Source: Thermoanaerobaculia bacterium (GTDB lineage: Bacteria; Acidobacteriota; Thermoanaerobaculia; UBA5066). Taken from it: a stretch of DNA of 64,000 nt. Positions 54,282-64,000 of the stretch are shown here, one piece after another. The translations under genes were made by a program, and so were the position numbers. How positions within the stretch are numbered: the first letter of the stretch is position 1; each line of letters opens with the position of its first letter. The stretch lies in NCBI GenBank assembly GCA_963719225.1, contig CAVRAY010000002.1, positions 320,001-384,000 of the forward strand. The letters are read 5' to 3'. The notes below the pieces were generated by a model. It made no database searches and was not told where the DNA came from. It saw only the letters and a program-made list of their open reading frames with translations.

Positions 54282-55262
54282 TCAGGGCGCAGAGAGAGAC
54301 GTGGGAGGCGCCTCCGCGGGCGGAGCGTCGGCGTCGCCCCCGACCTCCTCCGCGACGAGATACAGAGGCCGACCCTTCACCTCGTCGTAGATCCGGCCGA
54401 GGTACTCCCCGAGGACGCCGATGACCGTGAGCTGGACTCCGCCGAGGAGGAGGACGAAGACCATGAGCGTCGTCCATCCAGGCACGTTGATCTTGAGGAT
54501 CCAGAGCGCGAGGACGACGAGGATGTAGAGGAACGCGAACGCCGACACGAGGAACCCGAGCCACGTCGCGAGCTGGAGCGGCACGTGGCTGAAGGACGTG
54601 AGCCCGTCGAGCGCGAAGCGCAGCATCTTGCGCAGCGGGAACTTCGTCTCACCGCGCGTGCGCGCGGGCCGCACGTACGGAACGCCCACCTGGCGGAAGC
54701 CGACCCACGCCGTCATGCCGCGGATGAAGCGGTGCCGCTCGCGCAGGCGCCGGAACGCCGCGACGGCGCGCGGCCCCATGAGCCGGAAATCCCCGACGTC
54801 CACCGGGATCTCCACGTTCGTCCAGCGCTCGAGGAGCCGGTAGAAGAGGTGGGCCGTCCAGAGCTTGAACGCGCTCTCGCCCTCACGCTTCGTCCGCTGC
54901 GCGTACACGACCTCGTAGCCTTCGTCGATCTTCAGCAGCATCTCGGAGAGGAGCTCCGGCGGGTCCTGGAGGTCCGCATCCATGACGGCCACGATCCGGC
55001 CGCGGGCCGCGTCGACGCCCGCGGTGAGCGCCATCTGGTGGCCGAAGTTGCGCGAGAAGCGCAAGGCGCGGAGGCGCGGGTCCCTCCGGGCGAACGCCGC
55101 CATCTTCTCGAAAGACGCGTCCACGCTGCCGTCGTCCACGTACACGACCTCCCAGGTTCGGCCCGTCGCGTCGAGGGCGCGCGTGAGGCGTTCGTTCAGC
55201 TCGTCGAGGTTGTCGGCCTCGTTGAAGACGGGCAGTGCGACGGAGATCTCGGGCCTGGTCAC
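54282..55262 (-). CDS. GT2 polyprenol-phosphate glycosyltransferase (GtrB-like)
   Basis: PVFNE, DDGS, SRNFGHQ, MDADLQDPPE, GDFRL, two C-terminal TMs, GEYLGRIY. Confidence 0.94.
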   Translation of the reverse strand: MTRPEISVALPVFNEADNLDELNERLTRALDATGRTWEVVYVDDGSVDASFEKMAAFARRDPRLRALRFSRNFGHQMALTAGVDAARGRIVAVMDADLQDPPELLSEMLLKIDEGYEVVYAQRTKREGESAFKLWTAHLFYRLLERWTNVEIPVDVGDFRLMGPRAVAAFRRLRERHRFIRGMTAWVGFRQVGVPYVRPARTRGETKFPLRKMLRFALDGLTSFSHVPLQLATWLGFLVSAFAFLYILVVLALWILKINVPGWTTLMVFVLLLGGVQLTVIGVLGEYLGRIYDEVKGRPLYLVAEEVGGDADAPPAEAPPTSLSAP

Positions 55263-56974
55263 GTTGTGCCCCCGGGCGGAGCCGCTGCCGGCACGGGGGC
55301 CGGCGGCGGGGAAGGCGGAGGTACCGCCTCGGTCCGGCGGAAGACGGTTACCCATACCGCCCCGATCGGGTTGTTGCCGTCGGCCCGTTCCCAGGTCTCG
55401 AGGGTGAAGACGTAGAGAAGGAGCTGGCTGAGGTTCGGCCGGAGCGGCAAGAGGGAGGTGTCGGGAATCCACCAGGCCCGGAACGGCACGCGGTCGCGCT
55501 TGTAGGCAGGCCCGAGGACGGCGGCTTGCTTGTCGGCGTCGGTCTCGTCGCACAGGACGATCGGCGGGTGGAGCTCTCCCGTGGGCGCCTGCCAGTTCAC
55601 GGGCGCGTTGCGCACGTACCAGCTCATCGGCCAGCCCGCCTCGCCCGAGATGATGGCGGCCGGCGTCTCGCCGCGCTTTGCCGACGCGAGGATCTCGTCC
55701 ACGAGGCCCAGCATCTCGGGACAAGTCTGAACCTGGATCGTGGATTCGGCCTTCCGCGAATTCGGCGTGAGGACGGGGTAGACGAAGGAGAACGTCACCG
55801 CACAGAGAAGCGACGCGGCCGCCACGGCCGCGCCGGCGAACCGCCAGCGCGCGCTCTTCTCGGCGAGGAGCGCCCACGCGGCGCCGGCGAGCGGGATGAA
55901 CGGAAGCACCTGATGGACGATGAGCCAGCCCGCCTTCTCGCCGAGCCAGGCGTACATCACGATCGACGAGAGGCCCCATCCCGCGAGGAACCGCTCGGCC
56001 GCCGTGAAGCGCGACCAGCGCGTGGCGATGAGAAACAGCGCCGGCAGGATGATCGCGAACTCGTATTGCACGAGGCGCGGCAGGTAGAACGTCCTCGGGC
56101 CGCCGACGCGTTCCATCTTGTGCTGTCCCCACCAGTAGGAGATCGCCTCGAAAACCGGATTGCCCGACTCGGGATGGACGAGGAAGACCGTGTAGAGGAC
56201 TTCGGACACGCAGAAGAAGAGGAGGAGGGCCCCGAGGAGAGGCACGGCGTGCGCTTCGAGGAAGTCGATGAGGCGGCGCAGCCGGTTGAAGACGTCGGGG
56301 CCGCGCTCCGGCTCCATCCAGGCGGCCGCCACGGACGGCACCATGAGCGCGAGGAGGACGTAGAAGTTCTCCTTCGAGGCGAACGCGACGGACGCCCACA
56401 GAGCCGCGATCGAGAGGTCGCGGAGGCGTCCCTTCTGCAGATACTGGTCCAGCCACAGGAAGAGGCCCGCCGTCCCGAGGAGGCTCCAGACGTCGTCGCG
56501 GCAAAAGCGGGTGTAGTAGAGGAGGTTCGGCGAGAAGGCCGCGAGCGCGCCGGCGGCGAACGCCGTCGCTCGGCCGAAGCGGCTCCTCAGGAGAAGCGCC
56601 ATCGCCGAGAGGGCGATGCCGGCGAGGGCGGCCGGAAGGCGCCCCGTGAAGTCGGACGTCCCGTCCCACCCCTTCGCGGCCGGGATGCCGAAGAGAACGC
56701 CCGCGACGTTTCCGACGACGGAAGCGGCCTTGAACGCGATCGCGACGGCGTAGTACTGGACGGGCCCGTGGTAGACGGGGTCGTACTTGTACGTCCCGTC
56801 CCTGAGGAGGTGGATCGCAGCCCAGGCATGGATGGACTCGTCGTGGTGGTAGGCGTGGCTCCCGAGCTGAACGAGATGGAGGAAGGCCGAGAGCGCGAGG
56901 AGCGCGATCCAGGCCTTTTTTTCGAAAGCCGAGAAGGACGTCTCGGAAAGCGACGGAGGCGAGGCGGCGCTCAT
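55259..56974 (-). CDS. TIGR03663/Agl23-like GT-C membrane protein
   Basis: HHDESIH, YKYDPVYHGP, RFCRDD, KEN, YWWGQH..R.GGP, WPMSWY. Confidence 0.85.
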   Translation of the reverse strand: MSAASPPSLSETSFSAFEKKAWIALLALSAFLHLVQLGSHAYHHDESIHAWAAIHLLRDGTYKYDPVYHGPVQYYAVAIAFKAASVVGNVAGVLFGIPAAKGWDGTSDFTGRLPAALAGIALSAMALLLRSRFGRATAFAAGALAAFSPNLLYYTRFCRDDVWSLLGTAGLFLWLDQYLQKGRLRDLSIAALWASVAFASKENFYVLLALMVPSVAAAWMEPERGPDVFNRLRRLIDFLEAHAVPLLGALLLFFCVSEVLYTVFLVHPESGNPVFEAISYWWGQHKMERVGGPRTFYLPRLVQYEFAIILPALFLIATRWSRFTAAERFLAGWGLSSIVMYAWLGEKAGWLIVHQVLPFIPLAGAAWALLAEKSARWRFAGAAVAAASLLCAVTFSFVYPVLTPNSRKAESTIQVQTCPEMLGLVDEILASAKRGETPAAIISGEAGWPMSWYVRNAPVNWQAPTGELHPPIVLCDETDADKQAAVLGPAYKRDRVPFRAWWIPDTSLLPLRPNLSQLLLYVFTLETWERADGNNPIGAVWVTVFRRTEAVPPPSPPPAPVPAAAPPGGTT

Positions 56975-59073
56975 TTCAAGATCTCGTAAATCGCGGAGTC
57001 GCCGCTCGCGAAAACGCGCCGGAAGTTCGCGCGCATCGGGAACGCGTTCGGGCCGAAGTCGCGCTTCTCGAGCGCGCCGATGAAGACGTAGCGGACGTCG
57101 TACTCGTGCAGGAGCTTGAAGACCCGTCCGGATTCCTCGGAGGTGTAGATCAGCTTCAGATCGCTCTTGCGGGCCGAGGTTTCGGCGACCGAGCCGGGCC
57201 CGCGCCAGAGGCCCTCGTGATTCTCCCATCCGAGGACGGTCGGAAGTCCCGAGGCGGCGCCGATGCGCCCGTAGTCGCTGTACGCGTTGCCGGTCGCTTC
57301 TGCGAGCACGGCGCCCTCCACGGCGTGCGCGCGCAGCCAGAGGACGCCCTCGCGGTCTGCCGGAGCTTCCCGGGCCATCCAGCGCAGGCCGTCGAGGCCG
57401 TCCAGCGGTCCCCTCCAGGTGGCGCGGGTCACGATCGCCGAGAGCGGATGCGCGAGAGCGGCGGCAAGCGCCGCGAGAACGGCGACGCGGATGAAGACGC
57501 GCGCGTGACGTGACGCGAGCGCGAGCGGGAGGAGAAGCGCGCCGCCCAGGGCGAGGAGCGGCCAGGCCCCCATGAAACACTTGAAGACCGTGTTCATGCG
57601 CCGCAAGGACTCCCCGTAGGAATCGGAGACGAGGACGACGTCGGGCACGGCCGCGAGGACCGCGCCCGCCGCCGCCAGGAGGAGGCCGGCCCTCAGCGCT
57701 CCGGCGGGCCGCTCCGCTTCCGCCGGCGCCCTCTCACGAAGGAGGAGCCAGGCGACACCGGCCGCGAACCCGGCCGCCAGCGACAGGACGGGCTTCTTCG
57801 TGAAGACGACGAGCGCGAGAGCGAGCGCGGGAAACGCGCACGCCGCGACGAGCGCCCGGTCGGCGCGCGTCTGGCTTCGCACGAGAGCGATCCCCAGAGC
57901 GAGCGCCGGAATCACGGCGAGGCCGCCGAAGTGGAGAAAGGCGTCGGCGGCTCCCGTTCCCTCCTTCCACCACGAAAGGCCGCCGAAGGCGGGACGCGGG
58001 GAGAGCGCGAACGGCAGGAGGAAGAGTCCCGCGGGAATGAGCGTGGCGAGACTCCGGATCAATGCGGGCTTGAAATCGCGCTCGGCGAGGTTTCCGGCGC
58101 CCAGGATGAGGAGGCAGGCGGGAAGGTCCCAGGGGTTCGCCGAGACGACGGCCGCGAGGAGGAGGCCGTCGAGCACCGTTCCCGAGACGCGCGCGATCCG
58201 GCCCGATAGGCCGAGGAGCGCCACGAGAAACGGGAACGTGACGGCGTGGGGATGGAGGTCCCCGAGCCGGAACGTGAAGAGCGGCCACTCGGTGATCGTG
58301 CGGGGGTTGACGGAGTCCCAGTCGACGCGCCGCGAAGATATCCACCAATCGAGCTCGGCGAAAGGCTTTCCCGAAAGGACCTGCCGGGCCCCGTCGAAGG
58401 TCCCGCCGAGCACCATGAGCAGACCGCCGAAGGCCGCGAGGAGGGTGCCCCCGCGCCGCGCGCGGATCGCGCCAAAAGCCGCGAGCGCCGCGAGGGCCGG
58501 CAGGAGCGCGGCGACGACGTTGTAGGCGTACTCCGACGGCACGCGGGCCACGCGCGCGGGGAGCGCGAAGAGGTACGTCCCGAAGTGATAGTAGGGAAAA
58601 CGCTGACCGGAGAGCCATGGGTCGGCGAAGGGCAGCCGCGGAGTCCTCATGAGGCCCGACAGGACAGCGAAGTCCATGGGCTTCTCGGTCTGGCGGATCT
58701 CGGCGATCGGCGAGCGGATCCACATGAAGAAGAGGAAGACTCCGAAAAAAAGAGCGAGGGGTACGAGGCGCGCCCAGCTCCGTGGCACGACGCCGGGAAG
58801 GTCGGCGAGGCCCCAGAGAAGGCCGCCGATGAGGGCCAAAAGCGCGAGCGGGAGCGCCAGCCGGGCGATCGGGACGTAGAAGAACGACGCCAGCAGCCAG
58901 CCGGGCGTGGCCGCGAGAACGAGACCTACGGGAAGTGCGAAGGAGAGGGCGGCATCCGCGCGGGAATCCGGGTCGGCCTCGTCACCGCGGAAGAGACGGG
59001 CGAGCACGGCGGCGCCCGACGCACCCGCCAGGAGGAGGACGAAGGCGAAGAGAAGCGCCGTCGGCACCGTCAC
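56971..59073 (-). CDS. DUF2298 (Chlor_Arch_YYY-like) GT-C membrane protein
   Basis: EKPMDF, DPWLSG..YYHFG, ITEWP.F..GDLHPH, NPWD, RMNTVFK, PTVLGWENHE. Confidence 0.88.
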   Translation of the reverse strand: MTVPTALLFAFVLLLAGASGAAVLARLFRGDEADPDSRADAALSFALPVGLVLAATPGWLLASFFYVPIARLALPLALLALIGGLLWGLADLPGVVPRSWARLVPLALFFGVFLFFMWIRSPIAEIRQTEKPMDFAVLSGLMRTPRLPFADPWLSGQRFPYYHFGTYLFALPARVARVPSEYAYNVVAALLPALAALAAFGAIRARRGGTLLAAFGGLLMVLGGTFDGARQVLSGKPFAELDWWISSRRVDWDSVNPRTITEWPLFTFRLGDLHPHAVTFPFLVALLGLSGRIARVSGTVLDGLLLAAVVSANPWDLPACLLILGAGNLAERDFKPALIRSLATLIPAGLFLLPFALSPRPAFGGLSWWKEGTGAADAFLHFGGLAVIPALALGIALVRSQTRADRALVAACAFPALALALVVFTKKPVLSLAAGFAAGVAWLLLRERAPAEAERPAGALRAGLLLAAAGAVLAAVPDVVLVSDSYGESLRRMNTVFKCFMGAWPLLALGGALLLPLALASRHARVFIRVAVLAALAAALAHPLSAIVTRATWRGPLDGLDGLRWMAREAPADREGVLWLRAHAVEGAVLAEATGNAYSDYGRIGAASGLPTVLGWENHEGLWRGPGSVAETSARKSDLKLIYTSEESGRVFKLLHEYDVRYVFIGALEKRDFGPNAFPMRANFRRVFASGDSAIYEILK

Positions 59074-59129
59074 GGAACGGTTTCAAGGTAGCACAACGCC
59101 CGTCCGCGCCCCGGCTTACACTGGACTCG

Positions 59130-60446
59130 ATGGTGGCCGATTCGCCCCGGGTGGCCGTGATCGGCGGCGGCCTCGCCGGCCTCGTCGCGGCGGATCGCCT
59201 GCTCGGGGCCGGCGTGGCCGTCACGGTCTTCGAGAAATATCCCGAGGCCGGCGGCCTCGTGGGCATCGTGACCGTGGGCGGAACGCCTCTCGAAAGGTAC
59301 TACCACCACCTCTTCACGAGCGACGTCGACTACGTCTCGTTCGCAAAGGAGTTCGGCCTCGACCAGGATCTCCTCTGGCTGAAATCGCGCATGGGCTTCC
59401 TCTCGGGAGGGAAGCTCTACGACTTCGGGACGCCGGCGTCGCTCCTGAAGTTCAGGCCGCTCGGAGTGGTCGGAAGGCTCCAGTTCGTCCTCTCGACGCT
59501 GAAGCTTCGTCAGAGCTCCGACTGGAAGCGGCTCGAGGGCGAGACGGCGATGGGCTGGATGCGGAAGAACGGCTATGGCCGCGCGCTCGACGTCGTGTGG
59601 GGACCGCTCCTCCGCCAGAAGTACGGCCGCCGCGCGGAGGACGTCGGGCTGGTGTGGCTCTGGGGAAAGATCTTCCTGCGCACGCGCTCGCGCGACGAGA
59701 GTGGTCTCGGCGAGCGCCTCGGCTATCTGAAGGGCTCCTTCGGACGCGGCGTCGCGGCCGTCCTCCAGCGCGTGAGGGAGCGCGGCGGCGACGTGCGCAC
59801 GTCGCGTCCGGTCCGGATCGTGAAGCGCTCGGCCGGGGGCTTCGACGTGACGTTCGCGGGCGGCACGGAGTCGTTCGACCTCGTCCTTTCGACCGTCGCG
59901 ATCCCCGAGCTCCTGAGGCTCGCGCCGGAGCTGCCCGAGGAGACCCGCAAGCGGTGGAACGCGATCTCGTACTGCCACGCCCTGTGCCCGATCCTCGAGC
60001 TCGACCGTTCCCTCTCGCCTTACTACTGGCTCAACGTGGGGGACGAGGCAATGCCGTTCGGCGGCGTCATCGAGCACACGAACTTCCTGTCACCTTCGGA
60101 CTACGGCGGACGGCACGTCGTGTACCTCTCCAACTACGTCCTGCCGGACGACCCGAAGTGGAAGAAGCGCGACGAGGAGCTGTGGGCCGAATACCTCCCC
60201 GCGCTGAGGGTCGTGAATCCCGCGTTCGACGAGAGCTGGATCCTCGCGAAGCAGATCGGGCGCGCCGAATACGCGCAGCCCATCATCGTGCCGAATTACT
60301 CGAAGCTCCTTCCGCCGCTCGAGACGCCCATCCCCGGCCTCTGGTCCGCGTGCATGGCGCAGACCTACCCGGAGGACCGCGGCCAGAATTACGCGATCCG
60401 CATCGGGCGCGAGGCGGCGGATGCGATCCTGAAGACGTTCCGCTGA
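59130..60446 (+). CDS. FAD-dependent oxidoreductase (amine oxidase/PPO-like)
   Basis: GGGLAGL, E...AGG, ERYYHHLF, YAQP, YPEDRG. Confidence 0.9.
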   Translation: MVADSPRVAVIGGGLAGLVAADRLLGAGVAVTVFEKYPEAGGLVGIVTVGGTPLERYYHHLFTSDVDYVSFAKEFGLDQDLLWLKSRMGFLSGGKLYDFGTPASLLKFRPLGVVGRLQFVLSTLKLRQSSDWKRLEGETAMGWMRKNGYGRALDVVWGPLLRQKYGRRAEDVGLVWLWGKIFLRTRSRDESGLGERLGYLKGSFGRGVAAVLQRVRERGGDVRTSRPVRIVKRSAGGFDVTFAGGTESFDLVLSTVAIPELLRLAPELPEETRKRWNAISYCHALCPILELDRSLSPYYWLNVGDEAMPFGGVIEHTNFLSPSDYGGRHVVYLSNYVLPDDPKWKKRDEELWAEYLPALRVVNPAFDESWILAKQIGRAEYAQPIIVPNYSKLLPPLETPIPGLWSACMAQTYPEDRGQNYAIRIGREAADAILKTFR

Positions 60447-60449
60447 GCT

Positions 60450-61547
60450 TCACTCCTCGGTGAGGAGAGGAAGCTGCGGATCGGGAGGCGCCGCGGCGAG
60501 CACCTCGTCGGCCGTCATGAGGCCGTGGACGCCGACGCCGAGAAGCCGCACGGGGCGCGCCGCGGCCTCGGTGCGGTCCAGCAGGGCGGCGGCCCGCGCC
60601 GCGAGCTCGTCGGCGTCGCGCGTCGGCCGGCGCGTCTCGCTCCTCGTGACGGTCGTGAAGTCCCCGTAGCGCACCTTGAGGACGACCGTCCGCGCATAGA
60701 GGCCCCGCTTCGCGAGCCACACGGCGTCGTGGCGCGCCATGGCCTCGACTTCCTCCTTCATCACCTCGATTTCCGTGAGGTCCTCGGCGTACGTGTCTTC
60801 CGTGCTGCAGGACTTCGCCTTCTGGTCGGGCACGACACGGCGGTCGTCGTCTCCGTACGCGAGGCGGACGAGGGAGTCCGCCCAGCTTCCCACGGCGCGT
60901 TTGAGCGCATCCACGGGCACGCGCCTGACGTCGACGAGTCGCGCGCAACCGAGCGCGAGGAGCTTTTCCGCCGTCTTCGGCCCGACTCCCCAGAGCGCCT
61001 CGACCGGCAGCTTTTCGAGGAAGCGCTCGACGCGCTCCGGCGCGATCACCGTGAGCCCGTCGGGCTTCTTCCAGCCGGAGGCGATCTTCGCGAGGAACTT
61101 GTTCGGCGCGACGCCGGCCGAAACGGTGAGAGACGTCGCGTCGTAGACGCTCGCCTTGAGGCGCCGCGCCACGTTCACGCCGAGCGGCTCGTCCCAGGCG
61201 TTCTCGGTCACGTCGAGGTACGCCTCGTCGAGAGAGAGCGGCTCGACGAGCGGCGTGACGGCCCGGTAGAGGTCGAAGATCTGCCGCGAGACGGCGGAGT
61301 AGCGCCGGAAGTCGGGACGCACGATGGCGAGCGCCGGGCAGAGGCGGACGGCCCGCGCCATCGGCATGGCCGAGCGGACGCCGAACGTGCGGGCTTCGTA
61401 GCTCGCGGCGGCGACGACCCCGCGCCCTTTCGGGTCGCCGCCCACGGCGACCGGCCTGCCGCGCAGGGAAGGATCGTCGCGCTGCTCGACGGACGCGTAG
61501 AACGCGTCCATGTCGAGGTGGAGGATGCGGCGCGCAGGCGAAGGCAC
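60450..61547 (-). CDS. dinB: DNA polymerase IV
   Basis: HLDMDAFYASVE, SYEAR, SLDEAYLD, NKFLAK, RLLGV. Confidence 0.97.
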   Translation of the reverse strand: MPSPARRILHLDMDAFYASVEQRDDPSLRGRPVAVGGDPKGRGVVAAASYEARTFGVRSAMPMARAVRLCPALAIVRPDFRRYSAVSRQIFDLYRAVTPLVEPLSLDEAYLDVTENAWDEPLGVNVARRLKASVYDATSLTVSAGVAPNKFLAKIASGWKKPDGLTVIAPERVERFLEKLPVEALWGVGPKTAEKLLALGCARLVDVRRVPVDALKRAVGSWADSLVRLAYGDDDRRVVPDQKAKSCSTEDTYAEDLTEIEVMKEEVEAMARHDAVWLAKRGLYARTVVLKVRYGDFTTVTRSETRRPTRDADELAARAAALLDRTEAAARPVRLLGVGVHGLMTADEVLAAAPPDPQLPLLTEE

Positions 61548-61550
61548 GTG

Positions 61551-63437
61551 TTACCGCGAGGAGACGAGCTCCCCGGCCGGCACGTCGCGCGCAATCGCCT
61601 CCTTCGAACCGTCCGGCTTCCGGAAGAGACCGGACACGAGATCGGTCTCGAGCCAGGCGTACCTTCCGTCCAGGAGCCGGCGCGCGGCGGCGTATTTCGC
61701 GACGTCGTCGTTCGAGGAGATTGCGCCGAAGCGCGCCGCGATCTTCCGGCGGGCGCCCCGGCAGAACAGGTCGGCGAGCTCGGCCGCCGACGCGGCGTCC
61801 TTCGCGCCCGCGCGGCGCAGCTGGTGCGCCCGCGAGATCGCCGCGGTCATGGCGAAGAGCTCGGCCCCGACGTCGACCGCGCGGAAGAGGATCGCCTGTC
61901 GCTTCTCGAGCTTCGGCCCGTTCGCGGCCATGAGGTGGAAGATCGTGCGGGCGAGCTTCCGCGAAGTCCGGTCGAGGAAGCGGACGTGCGTCGCGAGCGG
62001 GCCGTAGGCGCCGAAGCGCGGCCAGCGTCCCCAGCCGAGCCAGCGGGAGGGATACCAGCCCGCGTAAAACGCGGCGATCTTCGGGAGCGCTTTGACCTTC
62101 TCGCCCGCCGTCGCTTTCGGATCGGCGAGGGCGCCCGCGACCCGAAGGTGCGTGTCGAGAGCCTCCCGCGCGATGAAAAGCCGCATGATCTCGGACGAAC
62201 CCTCGAAGATGAGGTTGATGCGCGCGTCGCGGAGCATGCGCTCGACCGGGATCGGCGCCTCTCCGCGGTTTCGGAGCGAGTCGGCCGTCTCGTAGCCGCG
62301 CCCGCCCCGGATCTGGAGAGTCCGGTCCACGATCGTCCAGCTCTCTTCCGAGTTCCACATCTTCGCGACGGCCGCCTCGAGGCGGAGGTCCCGGTCGTGC
62401 GAATCGGCCATGGCCGCGCTCATCTCAGCCACGGCGTCCATCGCGAACGTCGTCGCGGCCATCTCCGCGAGGAGCTGCGCGATCGCGTCGTGCCGCCCGA
62501 TCGGCTGGCCCCACTGCACGCGCTCTCCGGCCCATGCGCGCGAGAATTCGAGACATCGCTTGGCCATGCCGACGGAGGAGGCGGGAATCGTGAGACGGCC
62601 CGTGTTGAGCGTCACGAGCGCGAGCTTCAGGCCGCGTCCCTCTCTCCAGAGGATGTTCTCCTTCGGCACCTTCACGTTCGTGAAACGCACGACGCCGTTC
62701 TCGATGGCCTTGAGGCCCATGAAGTGGCAGCGCGTCACGACCTTGACGCCCGGGAAGTCCTTCTCGACGACGAAGGCCGAGATCTTCTTCGTGTCCGGGT
62801 GGCGCGCCATCACGACGAAGAGCTCGGCGATCGTGCCGTTCGTCGTCCAGAGCTTGTCGCCGTTCAGAATGTAATCGCCCTCGGGGGTGCGCGTCGCCGT
62901 CGTCGAGAGGTTCGCCGGGTCCGAGCCCACCTGCGGCTCCGTGAGCGCGAACGCCGAGACCGCGCCCTTCGCGAGGCGCGGCAGCCACTTTCTCTTCTGC
63001 TCCTCGGTTCCGAAGAGCCGGAGCGGCTGCGGGACGCCGATGGACTGGTGCGCCGACAGGAGCGCGATCAGGTTGCCATCCACGCTCGAGACGAGCTTGA
63101 TGATCGTCCCGTACTCGTGCTGTGAGAAGCCGAGGCCGCCGTATTCCGTCTCGATCTTCATCCCGAACGCGCCGAGCGCGGCCAGGCCGTCGAGAACGCT
63201 CTGCGGGATCTTGCCGTCGCGATCGATCGCGTCGCCGTCGACCTCGTCGCGGAGGAACCGTTCCATCCTCTCGTAGAAGACCCGGAACTCGGGCCGCTCC
63301 TCGCGGGGCGGAAAGTCGGGCACGAGGTCGAGGCGGAGGCTCCCGAGGAAGAGCTCCTTCAGGAAGCCCGGCTTCTCCCACGTGGTCTCACGCGCGTCCT
63401 CGGCGACCTGGCGGGCTTCGCGTTCGCTGACGGGCAT
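61551..63437 (-). CDS. acyl-CoA dehydrogenase (ACAD9/VLCAD-like)
   Basis: [40 protein letters not shown]. Confidence 0.95.
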   Translation of the reverse strand: MPVSEREARQVAEDARETTWEKPGFLKELFLGSLRLDLVPDFPPREERPEFRVFYERMERFLRDEVDGDAIDRDGKIPQSVLDGLAALGAFGMKIETEYGGLGFSQHEYGTIIKLVSSVDGNLIALLSAHQSIGVPQPLRLFGTEEQKRKWLPRLAKGAVSAFALTEPQVGSDPANLSTTATRTPEGDYILNGDKLWTTNGTIAELFVVMARHPDTKKISAFVVEKDFPGVKVVTRCHFMGLKAIENGVVRFTNVKVPKENILWREGRGLKLALVTLNTGRLTIPASSVGMAKRCLEFSRAWAGERVQWGQPIGRHDAIAQLLAEMAATTFAMDAVAEMSAAMADSHDRDLRLEAAVAKMWNSEESWTIVDRTLQIRGGRGYETADSLRNRGEAPIPVERMLRDARINLIFEGSSEIMRLFIAREALDTHLRVAGALADPKATAGEKVKALPKIAAFYAGWYPSRWLGWGRWPRFGAYGPLATHVRFLDRTSRKLARTIFHLMAANGPKLEKRQAILFRAVDVGAELFAMTAAISRAHQLRRAGAKDAASAAELADLFCRGARRKIAARFGAISSNDDVAKYAAARRLLDGRYAWLETDLVSGLFRKPDGSKEAIARDVPAGELVSSR

Positions 63438-63446
63438 GGCGGAACT

Positions 63447-64000
63447 CTACGCCAGGCGTCGCGAGCGGCCGAGGAGCGCCGTGACGAGGATCGCCGCGGC
63501 GAGCGCGGGGAGCGTTCCTCCCACGGGCGCGGCGAGGAAATACGCCGCCACGCCGGCGATCCAGCCGCACATGCCCGCGAGGGCGAAACCGCCGTGCCGC
63601 GTCGCCGCGCCGGCGGGAACGTAGAGGTCCTGGACCTCCGGCCGCCGCCCCAGCAGGAAGAAATGCGCGAGGAGGACGCCCCCCACCGGGACGAGGAGGG
63701 CGCCGAGAAGGAGCATGAAATCCGCGTAACCCCTGAGCCAGCCGGGAAGGAGCGACAACGCGGCTCCGATGAGGCCGATCGCCCAGACGGAGGCGCGGTC
63801 GCGAGCTCCCGGAAAGAGGCTCTTCCACGCGAGGGCGGACATGTAGATGTTGACGAAGTTCGTCGTGAGCGTCGCGACGGCGAGAAGGAGCGCTCCGACC
63901 CCGCTGAGGCCGACGGCCTGGAGCATGGCCCCCGGGTCGGTGGAACCCGCGGCCCGCGCGCACGCGAGCCCGAGCGGCATGAACCAGAGGCTCGTGACGG
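63447..64000 (-). CDS. NCS1/cytosine-permease-family transporter, 3' part (runs off window)
   Basis: TLTTNFVNIY, FMLLLGALLVPVGGVLLAHFF, multiple TM helices. Confidence 0.8.
   Translation of the reverse strand, partial: VTSLWFMPLGLACARAAGSTDPGAMLQAVGLSGVGALLLAVATLTTNFVNIYMSALAWKSLFPGARDRASVWAIGLIGAALSLLPGWLRGYADFMLLLGALLVPVGGVLLAHFFLLGRRPEVQDLYVPAGAATRHGGFALAGMCGWIAGVAAYFLAAPVGGTLPALAAAILVTALLGRSRRLA

Overview
High-GC bacterial chromosomal segment containing the replication-origin region. The gene order (parB-bactofilin-atpF'FHAGDC with atpB/atpE absent) suggests Acidobacteriota/Thermoanaerobaculia, which is an inference. Content: gyrA-gyrB-recF-dnaN-[oriC]-dnaA, rpmH-rnpA-yidD-yidC-mnmE-mnmG-rsmG-[parS]-parA-parB, F1Fo genes, a methyltransferase-bshC-bshB1-bshA (probably N-methyl-bacillithiol) operon, tRNA-Leu, secG-tpiA-pgk, mtnA-tsaD, an atypical-composition secreted glycan-active protein, lepA-lepB, a Get3d/ArsA-HSP20 three-gene unit, pyrKDF, several GT-C glycosylation genes, hicAB, dinB and lipid/acyl-CoA genes. 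Most notable observations: (1) an unclassified structured RNA with mutually exclusive terminator/antiterminator pairings upstream of the bacillithiol operon; (2) an ArsA-HSP20 ATPase followed by a small partner ending in an IxV motif and a Thr/Pro lipoprotein; (3) a HicB with a Ku-like C-terminal tail; (4) widespread leaderless -10 boxes, several built on the upstream gene's stop codon; (5) a duplicated bshB1 5' end around a REP-like hairpin; (6) a homopolymer frameshift at the start of gyrA.
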